Source: Microcoleaceae cyanobacterium (GTDB taxonomy: Bacteria; Cyanobacteriota; Cyanobacteriia; Cyanobacteriales; Microcoleaceae). From it: a DNA stretch of 64,000 nt. The position numbers and the translations under genes are program-made. Of the stretch, positions 20,754-31,828 are shown piece by piece. The notes under the pieces are model-generated. The model was not told the DNA's origin. It saw only the letters and a program-made list of their open reading frames with translations, and did not search any database. The DNA is taken from NCBI GenBank assembly GCA_051652765.1, contig JBOFUV010000071.1, positions 32,001-96,000 of the forward strand, in the 5' to 3' direction. The stretch's first letter is position 1; each line of letters starts with the position of its first letter.

Positions 20754-20990
20754 TTAATACCTTAAGCCTAGCCAAGTGAACAAATCTTGGTGAGTTAGGG
20801 ATTCCAGCAGAATTAGAATCACAAACCCGATCATCGCAAAGCGGCCATTGATCCGCTCAGCATAAGCTGTCCAGCCAAAAGCTGGAGCGGGCTCAATGGA
20901 GGTTGAATCCCTAGGGTTTAGTTCGGCAGCGGCAGGTTCAGACGAGGTGGTGTCAGTAGAGGTGGACTTATCAGCAGGGGAAGAACTCAT
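20754..20990 (-). CDS. High-light-inducible protein (HLIP, chlorophyll a/b-binding family)
   Basis: FGWTAYAERINGRFAMIGF motif. Confidence 0.92.
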   Translation of the reverse strand: MSSSPADKSTSTDTTSSEPAAAELNPRDSTSIEPAPAFGWTAYAERINGRFAMIGFVILILLESLTHQDLFTWLGLRY

Positions 20991-22000
20991 GACTTTTGCT
21001 CCAAATGTTCAATAGCTTCAATCAGCGATCGCACGGTTTTAGTCCCTGCTGACGGTTCAAAAGTTAAGGGAAACTTTCTGCGGGCAATCATTCGCAGACC
21101 TAAGGGGCCAAGACTGAGCAGTCCTTGCAGATCCCGAAAGTAGTTGCCGACAACAAACACACCGAATTTACGTTCATCGACCCATCCGCCTTGCTTCACC
21201 AAGTCAACCATGACTTTCCGGTGACGAATAGCACGGCTAGAGGGTTGGTCTTTTCGCTGCAGGATTTCATGTTTAATCTTGGTGATCTGATCCAGGGGAG
21301 CCACTTCCATGGGACAAACACTGTTGCAGTTAAAACATCGGGTACAGCCCCAAACCCCGCTCATGCCTTGATTATACTGCTCTAGTCGATGATCCGTCTG
21401 GACATCGCGAGTATCGGCCAACATCCGCTGAGCTTTAGCTAGGGCATGGGGCCCAACAAACTCAGGATTAACTTCTAAGGCATTACACTCTGAATAACAG
21501 GCCCCGCACAGAATACAATTTCCGGTCTGATTTAGGCGATCACGTTCTTCTGGGGTTTGCAAAAATTCTCGTTCTGGAACTAAACGAGCCTCCGTACTGA
21601 CATAAGGTTCCACAGCTTGGAGGTTGTCCCAAAAGCGGCTCATATCGACAATCAAATCCTTGAGCACAGGTAGATTGCCCATCGGAGCAATTATCATTTC
21701 AAGACTATCTTCCGGATGGGGGGGCATTGAACTTGATGCCGCGATCCGTTCTAGTCGAGCCACTTCACTGGCAATATTTTCCTTGCAAGCTAGGGCTGAG
21801 CGACCGTTAATTCGCATTGAACAACTGCCACAGATGGTGTTCCGACAGTTTTTCCGAAAAGCCAACCCACCATCTTGCTCCCACTTGATCTGATTCAGGC
21901 AGTCAAGAATGGTATTGCCCAGTTCTACCTCTAAGGTATAGGTCTGAAACCTAGGCACTTGGTTTTGAGCTTGCCGCAGAATTTTAAATCGGACTTGCAT
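20987..22000 (-). CDS. sdhB: Succinate dehydrogenase/fumarate reductase iron-sulfur subunit
   Basis: CRNTICGSC 2Fe-2S motif, CILCGACYSEC and CTRCFNCNSVCP clusters. Confidence 0.93.
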   Translation of the reverse strand: MQVRFKILRQAQNQVPRFQTYTLEVELGNTILDCLNQIKWEQDGGLAFRKNCRNTICGSCSMRINGRSALACKENIASEVARLERIAASSSMPPHPEDSLEMIIAPMGNLPVLKDLIVDMSRFWDNLQAVEPYVSTEARLVPEREFLQTPEERDRLNQTGNCILCGACYSECNALEVNPEFVGPHALAKAQRMLADTRDVQTDHRLEQYNQGMSGVWGCTRCFNCNSVCPMEVAPLDQITKIKHEILQRKDQPSSRAIRHRKVMVDLVKQGGWVDERKFGVFVVGNYFRDLQGLLSLGPLGLRMIARRKFPLTFEPSAGTKTVRSLIEAIEHLEQKS

Positions 22001-22079
22001 TGGTTTAACCCAGGTTATTCATGAGTTGAGGAACACTTGATCTAGTATAAATTACCTAGCCTAAACTATCTAGTGTAAA

Positions 22080-22919
22080 CTATCGACAAACCCAACCATT
22101 AATCGTAAATCGACTGTGCTCAAACCGACCAGAAGGACAACTGATTGGTAGAATTTCATGTTTGCATCGGCTATCGAAAAACACAATGGTATTGTTTCGA
22201 GGTTGAATCATTTCAAAGTTTTCTTGAATCTTAGGCTCTTCCCCTGAAAATTGAGTTTCATAGAGTCTCAATTCTCCTCCATAAAAAGATTTGGGTTCCT
22301 GATAGAAATAATAGACGTAGCTGAGGGTTCGAGTCGGTGCCTTTTCAGGATCAATATCACTGTGAATTTTGTAGAATCCCCCATCCTGATAAACCGTCAT
22401 TTGCATCTCTACAAAGGAAACTAGAAAACTTGTCAGACCCAATTGTTCCAGTACATGAGGTCTAGTTTCGAGGATTTTAAGCCTCATCAATTCGTAAAAA
22501 TCTGGTAGATTTTTGAACAGTAGAACGAAAGATTGACGGTAATTGACTGCTTTGTTAAATATGCCTGCTTCAAAAAATTCTGACTGATGGCTAAAGGCAA
22601 TTTCTAAAGCAGTTTGATACTCTTCAGGAGATAAAAAATCATTAATCTGTACAAATTGAGGTGAGACAACCCAATGATTCTCTAATATTTGAGTTGATTC
22701 AATCGCCGGAGTTGACCCCAAAGACTGACTCATTGGAGATGAGTTAAATCGTAATTCCGACTTCTGCTCAATACTTGCCATTGCTAGAACTTTTAGGGCA
22801 ACGTTTGCCCGCTCTAAAAGGGAAAGCTCAGAATTTCTCAAGGTTGTTTCAATCAAGTCTACAGATTCAGCAACTAATGCTTGAAATTTTTGTTCGGAAG
22901 AGTTTAAATCACCATTCAT
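22080..22919 (-). CDS. 2OG-Fe(II) oxygenase (prolyl-hydroxylase-like)
   Basis: YKIHSD, GGELRLY, HEILP, RFTINGW (HxD...H...R). Confidence 0.88.
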   Translation of the reverse strand: MNGDLNSSEQKFQALVAESVDLIETTLRNSELSLLERANVALKVLAMASIEQKSELRFNSSPMSQSLGSTPAIESTQILENHWVVSPQFVQINDFLSPEEYQTALEIAFSHQSEFFEAGIFNKAVNYRQSFVLLFKNLPDFYELMRLKILETRPHVLEQLGLTSFLVSFVEMQMTVYQDGGFYKIHSDIDPEKAPTRTLSYVYYFYQEPKSFYGGELRLYETQFSGEEPKIQENFEMIQPRNNTIVFFDSRCKHEILPISCPSGRFEHSRFTINGWVCR

Positions 22920-22942
22920 TGTTACTTGTTAGTAATAGGAAC

Positions 22943-23887
22943 CTACTTTGTCTCTGTCCGACGAAACCAACCATTCAGCGTGAAACGCCCATGTTCAAAT
23001 TTTTGAGAGGGACAATGAACAGCCATGACCTCGTGTTTGCAGCGGCTATCAAATAAAACAACACTATTATTTCGCGGTTCAATTGTTTTAAATGGGCCTG
23101 CAGCGATCGCACATCCGCCTTTGAATTCCGTCTCATAGAGTCTTAACTCGCCACCAGAGAACTTTTTAGGATCTTGATGAAAGTAATACACATAGGTGAT
23201 AGTTCGGGTTAGGGTTTCAGCACTTCCAGAGTCATTATGAATTTTATAGAAACACCCATCATTGTGGGCAGTGAGCTGCATTTCTACTTGAGATACCGTG
23301 AATGGGGGATACTCAATTTGTTCTAAAACAGTCGGTAAAGCCTGCAACAATTTATCCCGCATCAGTTCATAAAACTCAGGGAATAGTGTTGCATAGAGAA
23401 TTGAAGATTGACGATAGTTATTGGCCTTAGTTGTGGTGGTAGATGAGACAAACTGATCTGGCTTGTCTAGAGCAATCTTTAAAATTTTCTGATGGTCTTG
23501 AGCTGATAGAAAATCACTAATTTGAACAAAGGCTCCAGGCAAGAAAGCGGATTCAGTCTGAATAACAGTTTGAGTTGAATAAGGAACAGGCTTTAGTTCG
23601 GTTTTAACGGGAGGCAATGGCTGAATTGAAGGCTGACCTAGAGAATGCGTTAGACTTTGAATTGAACTTTGGATTAAGGGTTGACTGGAGGTTTGACCTA
23701 AGGTTTGAACTGGAAGATCCGAAGTTGAATGCTGGGGAGAAATTCCTGACAGTTCCAACACTTTAAATGCGATCGCGGCTCGATCTTGAGCTGCAATTTC
23801 TTGATCCTGCAAAATGGACTCTAATGTCTCAAAAGATTGACTCACTAGAGAACCAAATCGCTCCGTTAAACTCAAATGACTTGCCAT
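22943..23887 (-). CDS. 2OG-Fe(II) oxygenase (prolyl-hydroxylase-like), paralog of downstream gene
   Basis: YKIHND, GGELRLY, HEVMA, RFTLNGW. Confidence 0.88.
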   Translation of the reverse strand: MASHLSLTERFGSLVSQSFETLESILQDQEIAAQDRAAIAFKVLELSGISPQHSTSDLPVQTLGQTSSQPLIQSSIQSLTHSLGQPSIQPLPPVKTELKPVPYSTQTVIQTESAFLPGAFVQISDFLSAQDHQKILKIALDKPDQFVSSTTTTKANNYRQSSILYATLFPEFYELMRDKLLQALPTVLEQIEYPPFTVSQVEMQLTAHNDGCFYKIHNDSGSAETLTRTITYVYYFHQDPKKFSGGELRLYETEFKGGCAIAAGPFKTIEPRNNSVVLFDSRCKHEVMAVHCPSQKFEHGRFTLNGWFRRTETK

Positions 23888-23948
23888 ACTACAGCTTGAA
23901 GCTTCATCAATTTCTCCTTCTGATTATATCAAGGTACGCTGGAGAAGC

Positions 23949-25235
23949 CTAATTCTGTACGTAGTCAGCACGGGTTCCTTTGGCATTAATGGCTTCTTCT
24001 AACCGACTCAACCCATGAATATAAGCAGCAGTTCGCATGGGCACTGATAAATCTTGACTGATTTGCCAAATTTTCTCTGTTTCTTCAAGCATCTTTTGTT
24101 TCAATCGTTGATTCACTTCCTCGGCTGTCCAATACAATCCACTCCGGTTTTGTACCCATTCAAAATAACTCACCGTTACGCCTCCAGCATTGACTAAAAT
24201 GTCTGGAAAAACCTGAATTCCCTGTTGTTCTAAAATCTGATCGGCTTCCGAGGTAACTGGCCCATTGGCAACTTCAAAGATGTATTTTGCTTTGATTTCA
24301 TAGGCATTGGCTTGAGTAATTTGATTCTCCAAAGCGGCTGGGACTAAAATGTCAACATCAAGGGTTAATAGCTCCTCGTTCGTGAGAATCTCATGCTCCA
24401 CAATATTGCAGACAGAGCCTTCACAGTAGACCGCTTTCACACTCCGATTTGATTCCTTGAACTGTCTGACACTGGGAATATCTAGTCCGGCTTTAGCGTA
24501 GATTCCGCCCTGGGAGTCACTCACCGCAACTACTTTGTAACCCGCTTGGGACAAAAGTTGAGCGATTACGGCTCCGGCATTCCCAAACCCTTGAACTGCA
24601 ACGGTTGTTTTTTCTGGAGCCTGATTTAACTTGGCCATCAGGGTTTGAATCACAAAAAAAGCTCCGGTTGCTGTTGCCGTATCCCGCCCCAAACTTCCCC
24701 CTAATGTAATTGGCTTTCCGGTCACTACTGCTGGGCAGAGTTGACGACGAATAATGCTGTACTGATCCATCATCCATCCCATGATCATCTGATTGGTGTA
24801 GACATCGGGGGCAGGAATATCAATATCTGGGCCAATAAAGTCAGCGATCGCATCCACATAACCCCGAGTCAGCCGTTCGAGTTCAAATTTTGACAACGCT
24901 TTTGGGTTAACGGTAATTCCGCCTTTTGCGCCCCCAAAGGGCAAGTTTAAAACCGCGCATTTAAATGTCATCCAAAATGCCAGGGAAGTAACTTCATCAA
25001 TTGAAACATCAGGATGATATCGTACGCCTCCTTTGGTTGGGCCTCGGGTGTCATCATAACGAACTCGATAGCCCTGAAAAATTTTTAGCGCCCCATTATC
25101 CATTCGCACAGGAATTGAGACAATCAGGGTGGCTTTAGGATATTTCAAGCGCTCAATCGTATCTTCCGATAGGGAAACATGTTGCAATGCCCGCTCTAAT
25201 CTGCGACTTGCATCTATAAATAATGACTCTGTCAT
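23949..25235 (-). CDS. gdhA: Glu/Leu/Phe/Val dehydrogenase (glutamate dehydrogenase)
   Basis: GPTKGGVRY, PFGGAKGG, DIPAPD, QGFGNAG, NAGGVTVSYFEW. Confidence 0.93.
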   Translation of the reverse strand: MTESLFIDASRRLERALQHVSLSEDTIERLKYPKATLIVSIPVRMDNGALKIFQGYRVRYDDTRGPTKGGVRYHPDVSIDEVTSLAFWMTFKCAVLNLPFGGAKGGITVNPKALSKFELERLTRGYVDAIADFIGPDIDIPAPDVYTNQMIMGWMMDQYSIIRRQLCPAVVTGKPITLGGSLGRDTATATGAFFVIQTLMAKLNQAPEKTTVAVQGFGNAGAVIAQLLSQAGYKVVAVSDSQGGIYAKAGLDIPSVRQFKESNRSVKAVYCEGSVCNIVEHEILTNEELLTLDVDILVPAALENQITQANAYEIKAKYIFEVANGPVTSEADQILEQQGIQVFPDILVNAGGVTVSYFEWVQNRSGLYWTAEEVNQRLKQKMLEETEKIWQISQDLSVPMRTAAYIHGLSRLEEAINAKGTRADYVQN

Positions 25236-25307
25236 GCTGTTAATGACTAATTAATAACTAATCTAGTTTTCTCTTCATAACATGACAATGTTCATAACTT
25301 TGAAGTT

Positions 25308-25352
25308 GTGATTTTTTTATAAGTGATTTTCTTATAAGTGATTTTCTTATAA
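25308..25352. repeat. 15-bp tandem repeat (GTGATTTTCTTATAA) x3 upstream of gdh
   Basis: Units at 25308, 25323, 25338. Confidence 0.85.
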
Positions 25353-25409
25353 AGTGCACGACATCTCCATTTGCCCCTCTGAGATTGTCTCACAAATCAT
25401 TACTCTACA

Positions 25410-28400
25410 TTATTCTGAATTCTGAACAATAGACTGTCCAGCCTCTACCATCTCTGGGAAGGTGTTCTGTATCGCATCTAGCCATGTTAATAAAGACTCT
25501 AATTGCTTGGTGGCACTCATTGCTCCTAAGCCCCGAACCGTAACCTTGCCTTTACTATAAACAAAGCGGGACTGAATTTGAATCGGCAATTTCTCTTTCA
25601 GCAAGCTCCAAGCGGGTTCCTCCATGGGGGTTTCTAAAACAACATGTTGCTTGCCTGCATCTAAGCAAATCCGAGAAAAGCCAAGTTGTTTAGCCGTTTG
25701 CTTCAATTCCATAACTTGAATGAGCTGCTGGGCTGGAGTGGGAACAGGGCCGTAGCGATCGCACCAATCCTCCTCTAATCGTGCTAATTCATTGCGATTT
25801 TGACAAGCGGCAACGGTGCGATAGGCACTCATTTTTTGATCTAAATCAAGAATGTAATCTGAAGGAATAAAAGCAGTGAGATTCAGATCGATTTGGGTAT
25901 CTTCGACTTGAGGAATTTCTTGACCTTTAATTTCTCGGATGGCTTCCTCCAACATTTCGGTGTAAAGATCGAAGCCAATCACATCCATTTGCCCCGATTG
26001 TTCGGCCCCTAAAATATCACCCGAACCTCGAATTTCTAAATCTCGCATTGCCAATTGATAACCTGAACCCAGTTGAGTAAATTCCTGAATTGCCCGCAAT
26101 CTTTTCCGGGCATCTTCCGTTAAAGCCGCCCGTCCATCAGCAGTAATAGGATAAAATAACCAAGCATGGGCCTGCACTCCAGCCCGCCCTACCCGGCCCC
26201 GCAATTGATACAATTGCGCCAAGCCAAACCGATGGGCATCTTCCACCAAAATGGTATTAACGCGGGGAATATCTAGCCCTGATTCAATGATCGTTGTGCA
26301 GACTAAAATTTCTGCCTCTCCGGCATTAAAGGTCAACATAATCGACTCCAATTCACCCGGTTCCATTTGACCATGGGCGATCGCCATCCTAGCGCTAGGA
26401 ACCATTTCTCGAATTTTAGCGGATTTTTCTTCAATTCCTTCAATCCGAGGAACGACATAAAATACCTGTCCCCCGCGATCGAGTTCTTGGCGAATTGCCG
26501 TGCGGATGGTTTCATCATTGTACGGAGAAAGGTGGGTTTGAATTGGGCGACGGGAGGGCGGAGGAGTGGTAATTAAACTCATTTCTCGAATCCCAGACAG
26601 TGCCATATAGAGAGTTCGAGGAATGGGAGTTGCTGTTAACGTGAGCACATCAATATGAGACTTCAAGACTTTAATTTTTTCCTTTTGATTCACCCCAAAT
26701 CGTTGTTCTTCGTCAACAACCAGTAACCCTAAATCTTTGAACTGAATGGTCTTACTGAGAATAGCTTGGGTGCCAACAATAATATCAACTTCCCCTGTCA
26801 CCAACCGCTGCTGAATTTCTTTGCGTTCCCCAGTTGTTCGAAAACGATTTAACAGGGCAATTTCAATCGGATAAGGTGCAAACCGTTCCTTTAGGGTGTG
26901 GTAATGTTGCTGCGTTAAAATTGTCGTTGGGGCTAAAAAAGCCACCTGTTTGCCAGCCGTAACAGCTTTAAAAATGGCTCGAATTGCAACTTCAGTTTTG
27001 CCAAATCCTACATCCCCGCACACCAACCGATCCATGGGGCGATCGCTCTCCATATCTCGCTTGACATCTTGGGTAGACTTCAATTGATCAGGGGTGGGCT
27101 GATAGGGAAAAGAATCTTCCAATTCTTCCTGCCAAGGGGTATCTACTGGAAAGCCAAAGCCTTGTTGTTGAGCCCGTTGAGCATAGAGTTGTAACAGATC
27201 AACGGCTAGTTTTTTAATTGACTTACGAACTTTGTCCTTGGTTTTTTCCCAGGCTTTTCCAGTTAACTTATTCAGTTGGGGGACGGCTCCCCCCGCACTT
27301 CTAAACCGGGACAAACTCCCGACTTGATCGGCAGCTACACGCAACAATCCATCAGCATATTGAACCACTAAATAATCCCGAGTTTCGTTGTTAATCGTTA
27401 AGCTTTCCAGTTTAATAAACTTGCCAATGCCATGCTGCCGATGAACGACATAGTCCCCCGGACGGAGTTTATTCGGATCAACTTGCTTGGAGGCAGCCCG
27501 ACGACGTTTGCGGACGTAGCTAGGGGTGGCGAGGGAATGTTGCCCATAGAATTCTCGGTCTGTAATGACAACGAGTCGGAACGTCGGCAGAATAAACCCT
27601 TCCAACTCGGCCAATCCCGTGTACTTGAGGGCAACAGGAGTATTGGGAATCAACCCATCAATAGCAGGATAGTCCCGTGGGTTTGGGACAAATTTGGCGG
27701 GACAGTCATGTTCTGACAGCAATGCCACGGAGCGACTGGGTTGTGCGGAAACCAGGAAAATGGCGAAATGGCGATCGCGTTCTCCCCGCATCAAATCCGC
27801 TAGTTTGCCAAATTGATGGGGGGTCACGGGCAGGGAACGACTGGAGAGATTCAGGGGGGTTAAGTTTCGTCCGAGGATTTCCTGGCGGTGTTCTGCTAGT
27901 TCGGACAAGTACAACCGATCAAACCTTTCCTCGATCACAGCCAAAGAGTCCTCAAACTGGCGATGGAGCTTGTGTGTTAACGCTGTTAACACGGGCTGCG
28001 TCTTCCGGAGACTCTGCCACTGCTCTTCAATGTGTTCATACCAGCGATCGCCATGGGCCGCACACTGATCCGGTTCATCAATGGCCACCAAGGTTAACTC
28101 CGGTAAGTAATCCAGCAGAGAAACAGATTGTGCTGAAGTTCGAGGTTTGAGGGTCTGGGTCTGGAATGCTTCAAGCTCCGAAGTGTCTGCTCCCTGTTCC
28201 CAATTCCCCGTTGTCAATGTCCTGTTGCCCATTCCCCAAGGCGAAAAATCCGTTGGTGTGAGCACTAATTGCTCGATTTTGTCCAAGGATCGTTGGGTAG
28301 CTGGATCAAATTCTCGGATTTTTTCTAGCTCATCCCCAAACCATTCCAAACGCACGGGCAATTCTGCTGCCACTGGAAAAATATCAACAATGTCCCCTCG

Positions 28401-28994
28401 TCGGCTCCACTGCCCCTCGGTTTCCACCAAAGCGACCCGTTCGTAGCCCAAGGTTGCTAATTTTTCATCTAGGGCTTTAGAACTCCAACTCATGCCCTGT
28501 TGCAAGGTCACACAGTAGGGTTTAAAAGCTTCTAACTCAGGTAAGTGAGGCTGAAGGGCGCGTTCTGTTGCAACGATGGCAAATCCTTTGGCTTCGTTCC
28601 AAGGACTCTGAGTAGAGGAATCACTCTCTCCGTTGTTTGAGGTGGATTGTGGGGAAGAAGATCGAACTAAATCTGCCAACACCTGCAACTGTCCCCAAGT
28701 CATCTCTTCAGCATAGGAGGATTCATAGGGAGAGGCTTCAGAAGTGGGATAGAAGTGAACGGTTGGCCAACCCATCGCTTCTAACTGAGCTGACCACCGT
28801 CCAGCTTCCTCTAACGTTGCGGTGACTACCAGTAAATTTAAGCCCGCTTCCTGAGCCAGCGCAGAGGCTACAAGTCCCTTGGGTAAACGAGAAATTCCAT
28901 TGAGATAGAGTGCCTGTTGCTGATTTAGCTTTGTGAGAAGCTCACGAGTGAGAGGCGATCGCCTCACGGCTCGGACAATTGAAGAAAAGGTCAT
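25410..28994 (-). CDS. mfd: Transcription-repair coupling factor
   Basis: UvrB-like N-terminus, CarD-like RID ([12 protein letters not shown]), [28 protein letters not shown]-terminal domain. Confidence 0.97.
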   Translation of the reverse strand: MTFSSIVRAVRRSPLTRELLTKLNQQQALYLNGISRLPKGLVASALAQEAGLNLLVVTATLEEAGRWSAQLEAMGWPTVHFYPTSEASPYESSYAEEMTWGQLQVLADLVRSSSPQSTSNNGESDSSTQSPWNEAKGFAIVATERALQPHLPELEAFKPYCVTLQQGMSWSSKALDEKLATLGYERVALVETEGQWSRRGDIVDIFPVAAELPVRLEWFGDELEKIREFDPATQRSLDKIEQLVLTPTDFSPWGMGNRTLTTGNWEQGADTSELEAFQTQTLKPRTSAQSVSLLDYLPELTLVAIDEPDQCAAHGDRWYEHIEEQWQSLRKTQPVLTALTHKLHRQFEDSLAVIEERFDRLYLSELAEHRQEILGRNLTPLNLSSRSLPVTPHQFGKLADLMRGERDRHFAIFLVSAQPSRSVALLSEHDCPAKFVPNPRDYPAIDGLIPNTPVALKYTGLAELEGFILPTFRLVVITDREFYGQHSLATPSYVRKRRRAASKQVDPNKLRPGDYVVHRQHGIGKFIKLESLTINNETRDYLVVQYADGLLRVAADQVGSLSRFRSAGGAVPQLNKLTGKAWEKTKDKVRKSIKKLAVDLLQLYAQRAQQQGFGFPVDTPWQEELEDSFPYQPTPDQLKSTQDVKRDMESDRPMDRLVCGDVGFGKTEVAIRAIFKAVTAGKQVAFLAPTTILTQQHYHTLKERFAPYPIEIALLNRFRTTGERKEIQQRLVTGEVDIIVGTQAILSKTIQFKDLGLLVVDEEQRFGVNQKEKIKVLKSHIDVLTLTATPIPRTLYMALSGIREMSLITTPPPSRRPIQTHLSPYNDETIRTAIRQELDRGGQVFYVVPRIEGIEEKSAKIREMVPSARMAIAHGQMEPGELESIMLTFNAGEAEILVCTTIIESGLDIPRVNTILVEDAHRFGLAQLYQLRGRVGRAGVQAHAWLFYPITADGRAALTEDARKRLRAIQEFTQLGSGYQLAMRDLEIRGSGDILGAEQSGQMDVIGFDLYTEMLEEAIREIKGQEIPQVEDTQIDLNLTAFIPSDYILDLDQKMSAYRTVAACQNRNELARLEEDWCDRYGPVPTPAQQLIQVMELKQTAKQLGFSRICLDAGKQHVVLETPMEEPAWSLLKEKLPIQIQSRFVYSKGKVTVRGLGAMSATKQLESLLTWLDAIQNTFPEMVEAGQSIVQNSE

Positions 28995-29100
28995 ACCGTA
29001 TTGTTAGAGCCTGAGCAGATAGAATTTTATACAGTTCAAGCAGTTGTTCTAATCATTCTAAGAAATTCAAGCCACAACGGATATTACTCCTCTTCTAAAT

Positions 29101-30438
29101 ATGGTTTCCTCTCTTAACGAAATTCTGATTCTGCTGATTTTGATCCTGATTAACGGTCTCCTCGTTGTCTCGGAAATGGCCATTGTTGCTTCCCGGCGGG
29201 TTCGGCTACAAAGCATGGCAGAGCAGGGTAATTCAAACGCGAAGGCGGCTTTGGAACTGGTTAATTCTCCCAATCGATTTCTCTCCACAGTACAAATCGG
29301 GATTACGTTAATTGGGATTTTTACCGGGGCATTTGGAGGAGCAACCTTAGTAGATAGATTAGGGCAACAGTTGGCTCAAGTTCCGGCCCTTGTGCCCTAC
29401 AGTGAGGCGATCGCCCTGACCGTTGTGGTGTTCAGCATCACCTATCTTTCCTTGATTTTTGGGGAGTTAGTACCCAAGCGATTAGCGATGAATCGTCCTG
29501 AACCCCTGGCCCTGATCATGGCTAAACCGATGAAAGTTGTATCGGCGATCGCGGCTCCTGCGGTACATGTATTAAGTCTGTCTACAGATTTGGTCTTGAA
29601 ACTCCTGGGCAGTGAAGTACCGTCCGAACCTCAAGTGACAGAGGAGGAAATCAAAATACTGATTGAACAAGGAGCAAAATCCGGCATTGTCGAAGAAGCA
29701 GAACAGAATATTGTAGACCGGGTGTTTCAGTTGGGGGATCGTTCTGTTGGCAGTGTGATGACCCCTCGTCCTGACATTATGTGGCTGGAGTTGGAAGATA
29801 GCGCCGAAGTTAACCGCCAGAAACTAGGTCTGATTCCGTTTACTCGCATTCCCGTCTGTCAAGGGGGACTGGATAATGTATTGGGGTTTATTAAGGTCAC
29901 GGATTTACTCGCTCAATTCCTTGCCGGTCAGCCCCTAGACTTCACAACCAACTTACGTCGTCCTCTATTCATTCCAGAAACTACGTCGGTGCTAAAGATT
30001 TTAGAACTGTTTAAGCAGACCGGAATTCACGCAGGAATTGTGGTAGATGAATATGGAGTGATTCAGGGTTTAGTCACTTTAAATGATATCTTTCTAGAAC
30101 TGACAGGAGATATGCCAACCCTAGATGAAAGCGATGAACCCCAAATTATTCAGCGAGAAGATGGATCTTGGTTGCTAGATGGAATGTTGCCCGTGGAAGA
30201 TTTTTTTGAGTTGGTTGAATTGGAGGAAATCGCTGAGCAACAACCAGGAAATTATCACACGATGGGCGGATTTGTCATTACTCAGTTGGGCAGAATTCCA
30301 AACGCATCCGCCCATTTTGAGTGGAATGGTTTGCGGATTGAGGTCGTTGATATGGATGGCAATCGAGTTGATAAAGTATTAGTGATGCCAGTAGCACCGC
30401 CCCAGAAATCCTCTGAACCTTATCCTAATCTCATCTAA
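29101..30438 (+). CDS. Hemolysin/CNNM family protein (DUF21 + CBS pair + CorC)
   Basis: SEMAIVASRR, FLSTVQIGIT, GELVPK, VMTPR, VVDEYG, CorC-type C-terminus. Confidence 0.92.
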   Translation: MVSSLNEILILLILILINGLLVVSEMAIVASRRVRLQSMAEQGNSNAKAALELVNSPNRFLSTVQIGITLIGIFTGAFGGATLVDRLGQQLAQVPALVPYSEAIALTVVVFSITYLSLIFGELVPKRLAMNRPEPLALIMAKPMKVVSAIAAPAVHVLSLSTDLVLKLLGSEVPSEPQVTEEEIKILIEQGAKSGIVEEAEQNIVDRVFQLGDRSVGSVMTPRPDIMWLELEDSAEVNRQKLGLIPFTRIPVCQGGLDNVLGFIKVTDLLAQFLAGQPLDFTTNLRRPLFIPETTSVLKILELFKQTGIHAGIVVDEYGVIQGLVTLNDIFLELTGDMPTLDESDEPQIIQREDGSWLLDGMLPVEDFFELVELEEIAEQQPGNYHTMGGFVITQLGRIPNASAHFEWNGLRIEVVDMDGNRVDKVLVMPVAPPQKSSEPYPNLI

Positions 30439-30488
30439 GAGTTGTAGATTGAGGATTGTAAATTAGCTGTAGATACTGTACATTACCA

Positions 30489-31721
30489 ATGCCTAAAGCG
30501 CTTCAATTTCTTTCACCCCAAAAAGTTCGTCAGGGTTTAGTTTTATTTTTTTTCTGGGCAGTTTTACCCCTATTTTTAGTTGAGTTTCTGATGATTGTTC
30601 TGGAACCCTATCTTTCCCAGGGCATCTATCAATATGACCGGGATTTAGGGTTTCGGATTCGTCCCTATGCCAATGGAAATAATCAATTTGGATTTAATGA
30701 TCGGGATTATCCGTTGCAAAAAGAACCGGGAAAGTTTCGGATTGTAGTCGTCAGTGACTCTTTTAACTGGGCTGGTGGAAGGGAGAGAAACTATACAACC
30801 TTATTGGAAAAACAGTTTGAACACCATTATCAAATACCGCAGGTTGACGTGATTAACACAGGCTACCCTGGAACCCATACTGGGGAACAGCTTGCCATGT
30901 TAAAAAAGTATGGTTTGCAATACAAGCCTGATTTAGTCGTTCTAGGGTTTTTTGTTGGCAATGATTTCCTCGATGGTGATCCGAATCGCAAGCGGATTAT
31001 TGTGAATGATGTTTATGTTGACATCGATCGCCGTAGAGAATTAGTCGTGTTTGGCTATCCGATTATTGGCCAGTCTCGATTGCTCTTGTTCATTCAGCAA
31101 AAGTATAAGGTTTTTCAAGAAGCCGCAAAGTCAAAACAATCTAAGATTCCCAACCTTAGATTCGATGACATTTTAGTTGCTAGCTCAACACCACAGGTTC
31201 CTTTGAAAATTCATACGGGCATGGAGCAAAACTCAGCTCAACCTCCAGAACAGTCACCTGGGATTATGTCCCTTAGAACTTTTTTGAAAGTCGAGAAAAC
31301 TCGTTTGAAATTTTGTGATCGAGAGGACTTGGCAGAAGGCAAATGGGACGAAAATATTGACTATGTTCTCAGTCAAATTTCAGAAATGAATCATTTACTA
31401 AAAGAACGAGACATCGAATTTATTGTTGCGATCTATCCCGATGAAATTCAAGTGAATCCCCAATTATTTCAGCAAGTTGCGAATGAATTTGACCTCGATC
31501 CCAAAGATTATGAATTGACTTGTATGCAAAGAATTCTAACTCAACACTTAGACTCTGAGGGAATTCAGTTCATTAACTTGTTAGAACGATTTCAACATGA
31601 ACAAAAGCAACAACCTTTATACCTGCTGCAAGAGCCTCATTGGAATTCTGCTGGCAATCAACTTGCTGCCAGTATTTTGTTTGAACACTTAGTTAAAACA
31701 ACGAATCGTTTTTTGAATTAA
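30489..31721 (+). CDS. Membrane-anchored SGNH/GDSL hydrolase (AlgX/AlgJ-like)
   Basis: N-terminal TM, VSDSF, NTGYPG, GNDF, EPHWNSAGN. Confidence 0.8.
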   Translation: MPKALQFLSPQKVRQGLVLFFFWAVLPLFLVEFLMIVLEPYLSQGIYQYDRDLGFRIRPYANGNNQFGFNDRDYPLQKEPGKFRIVVVSDSFNWAGGRERNYTTLLEKQFEHHYQIPQVDVINTGYPGTHTGEQLAMLKKYGLQYKPDLVVLGFFVGNDFLDGDPNRKRIIVNDVYVDIDRRRELVVFGYPIIGQSRLLLFIQQKYKVFQEAAKSKQSKIPNLRFDDILVASSTPQVPLKIHTGMEQNSAQPPEQSPGIMSLRTFLKVEKTRLKFCDREDLAEGKWDENIDYVLSQISEMNHLLKERDIEFIVAIYPDEIQVNPQLFQQVANEFDLDPKDYELTCMQRILTQHLDSEGIQFINLLERFQHEQKQQPLYLLQEPHWNSAGNQLAASILFEHLVKTTNRFLN

Positions 31722-31828
31722 CCCTCAAGCAGTCTGAGGAATTCCCCTAGCGATCCTTCAAGAGATATACTTGACCTATAAAACAAGATTAGTATTTTTC
31801 ACATTGCTATTATATTCTCTGTTTCAAT

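Noticed and set aside
27432..28446. Antisense ORFs inside mfd (and similar 60-160-aa shadow ORFs across the window)
   Set aside because: They overlap well-supported genes on the opposite strand or frame and have no recognisable motifs
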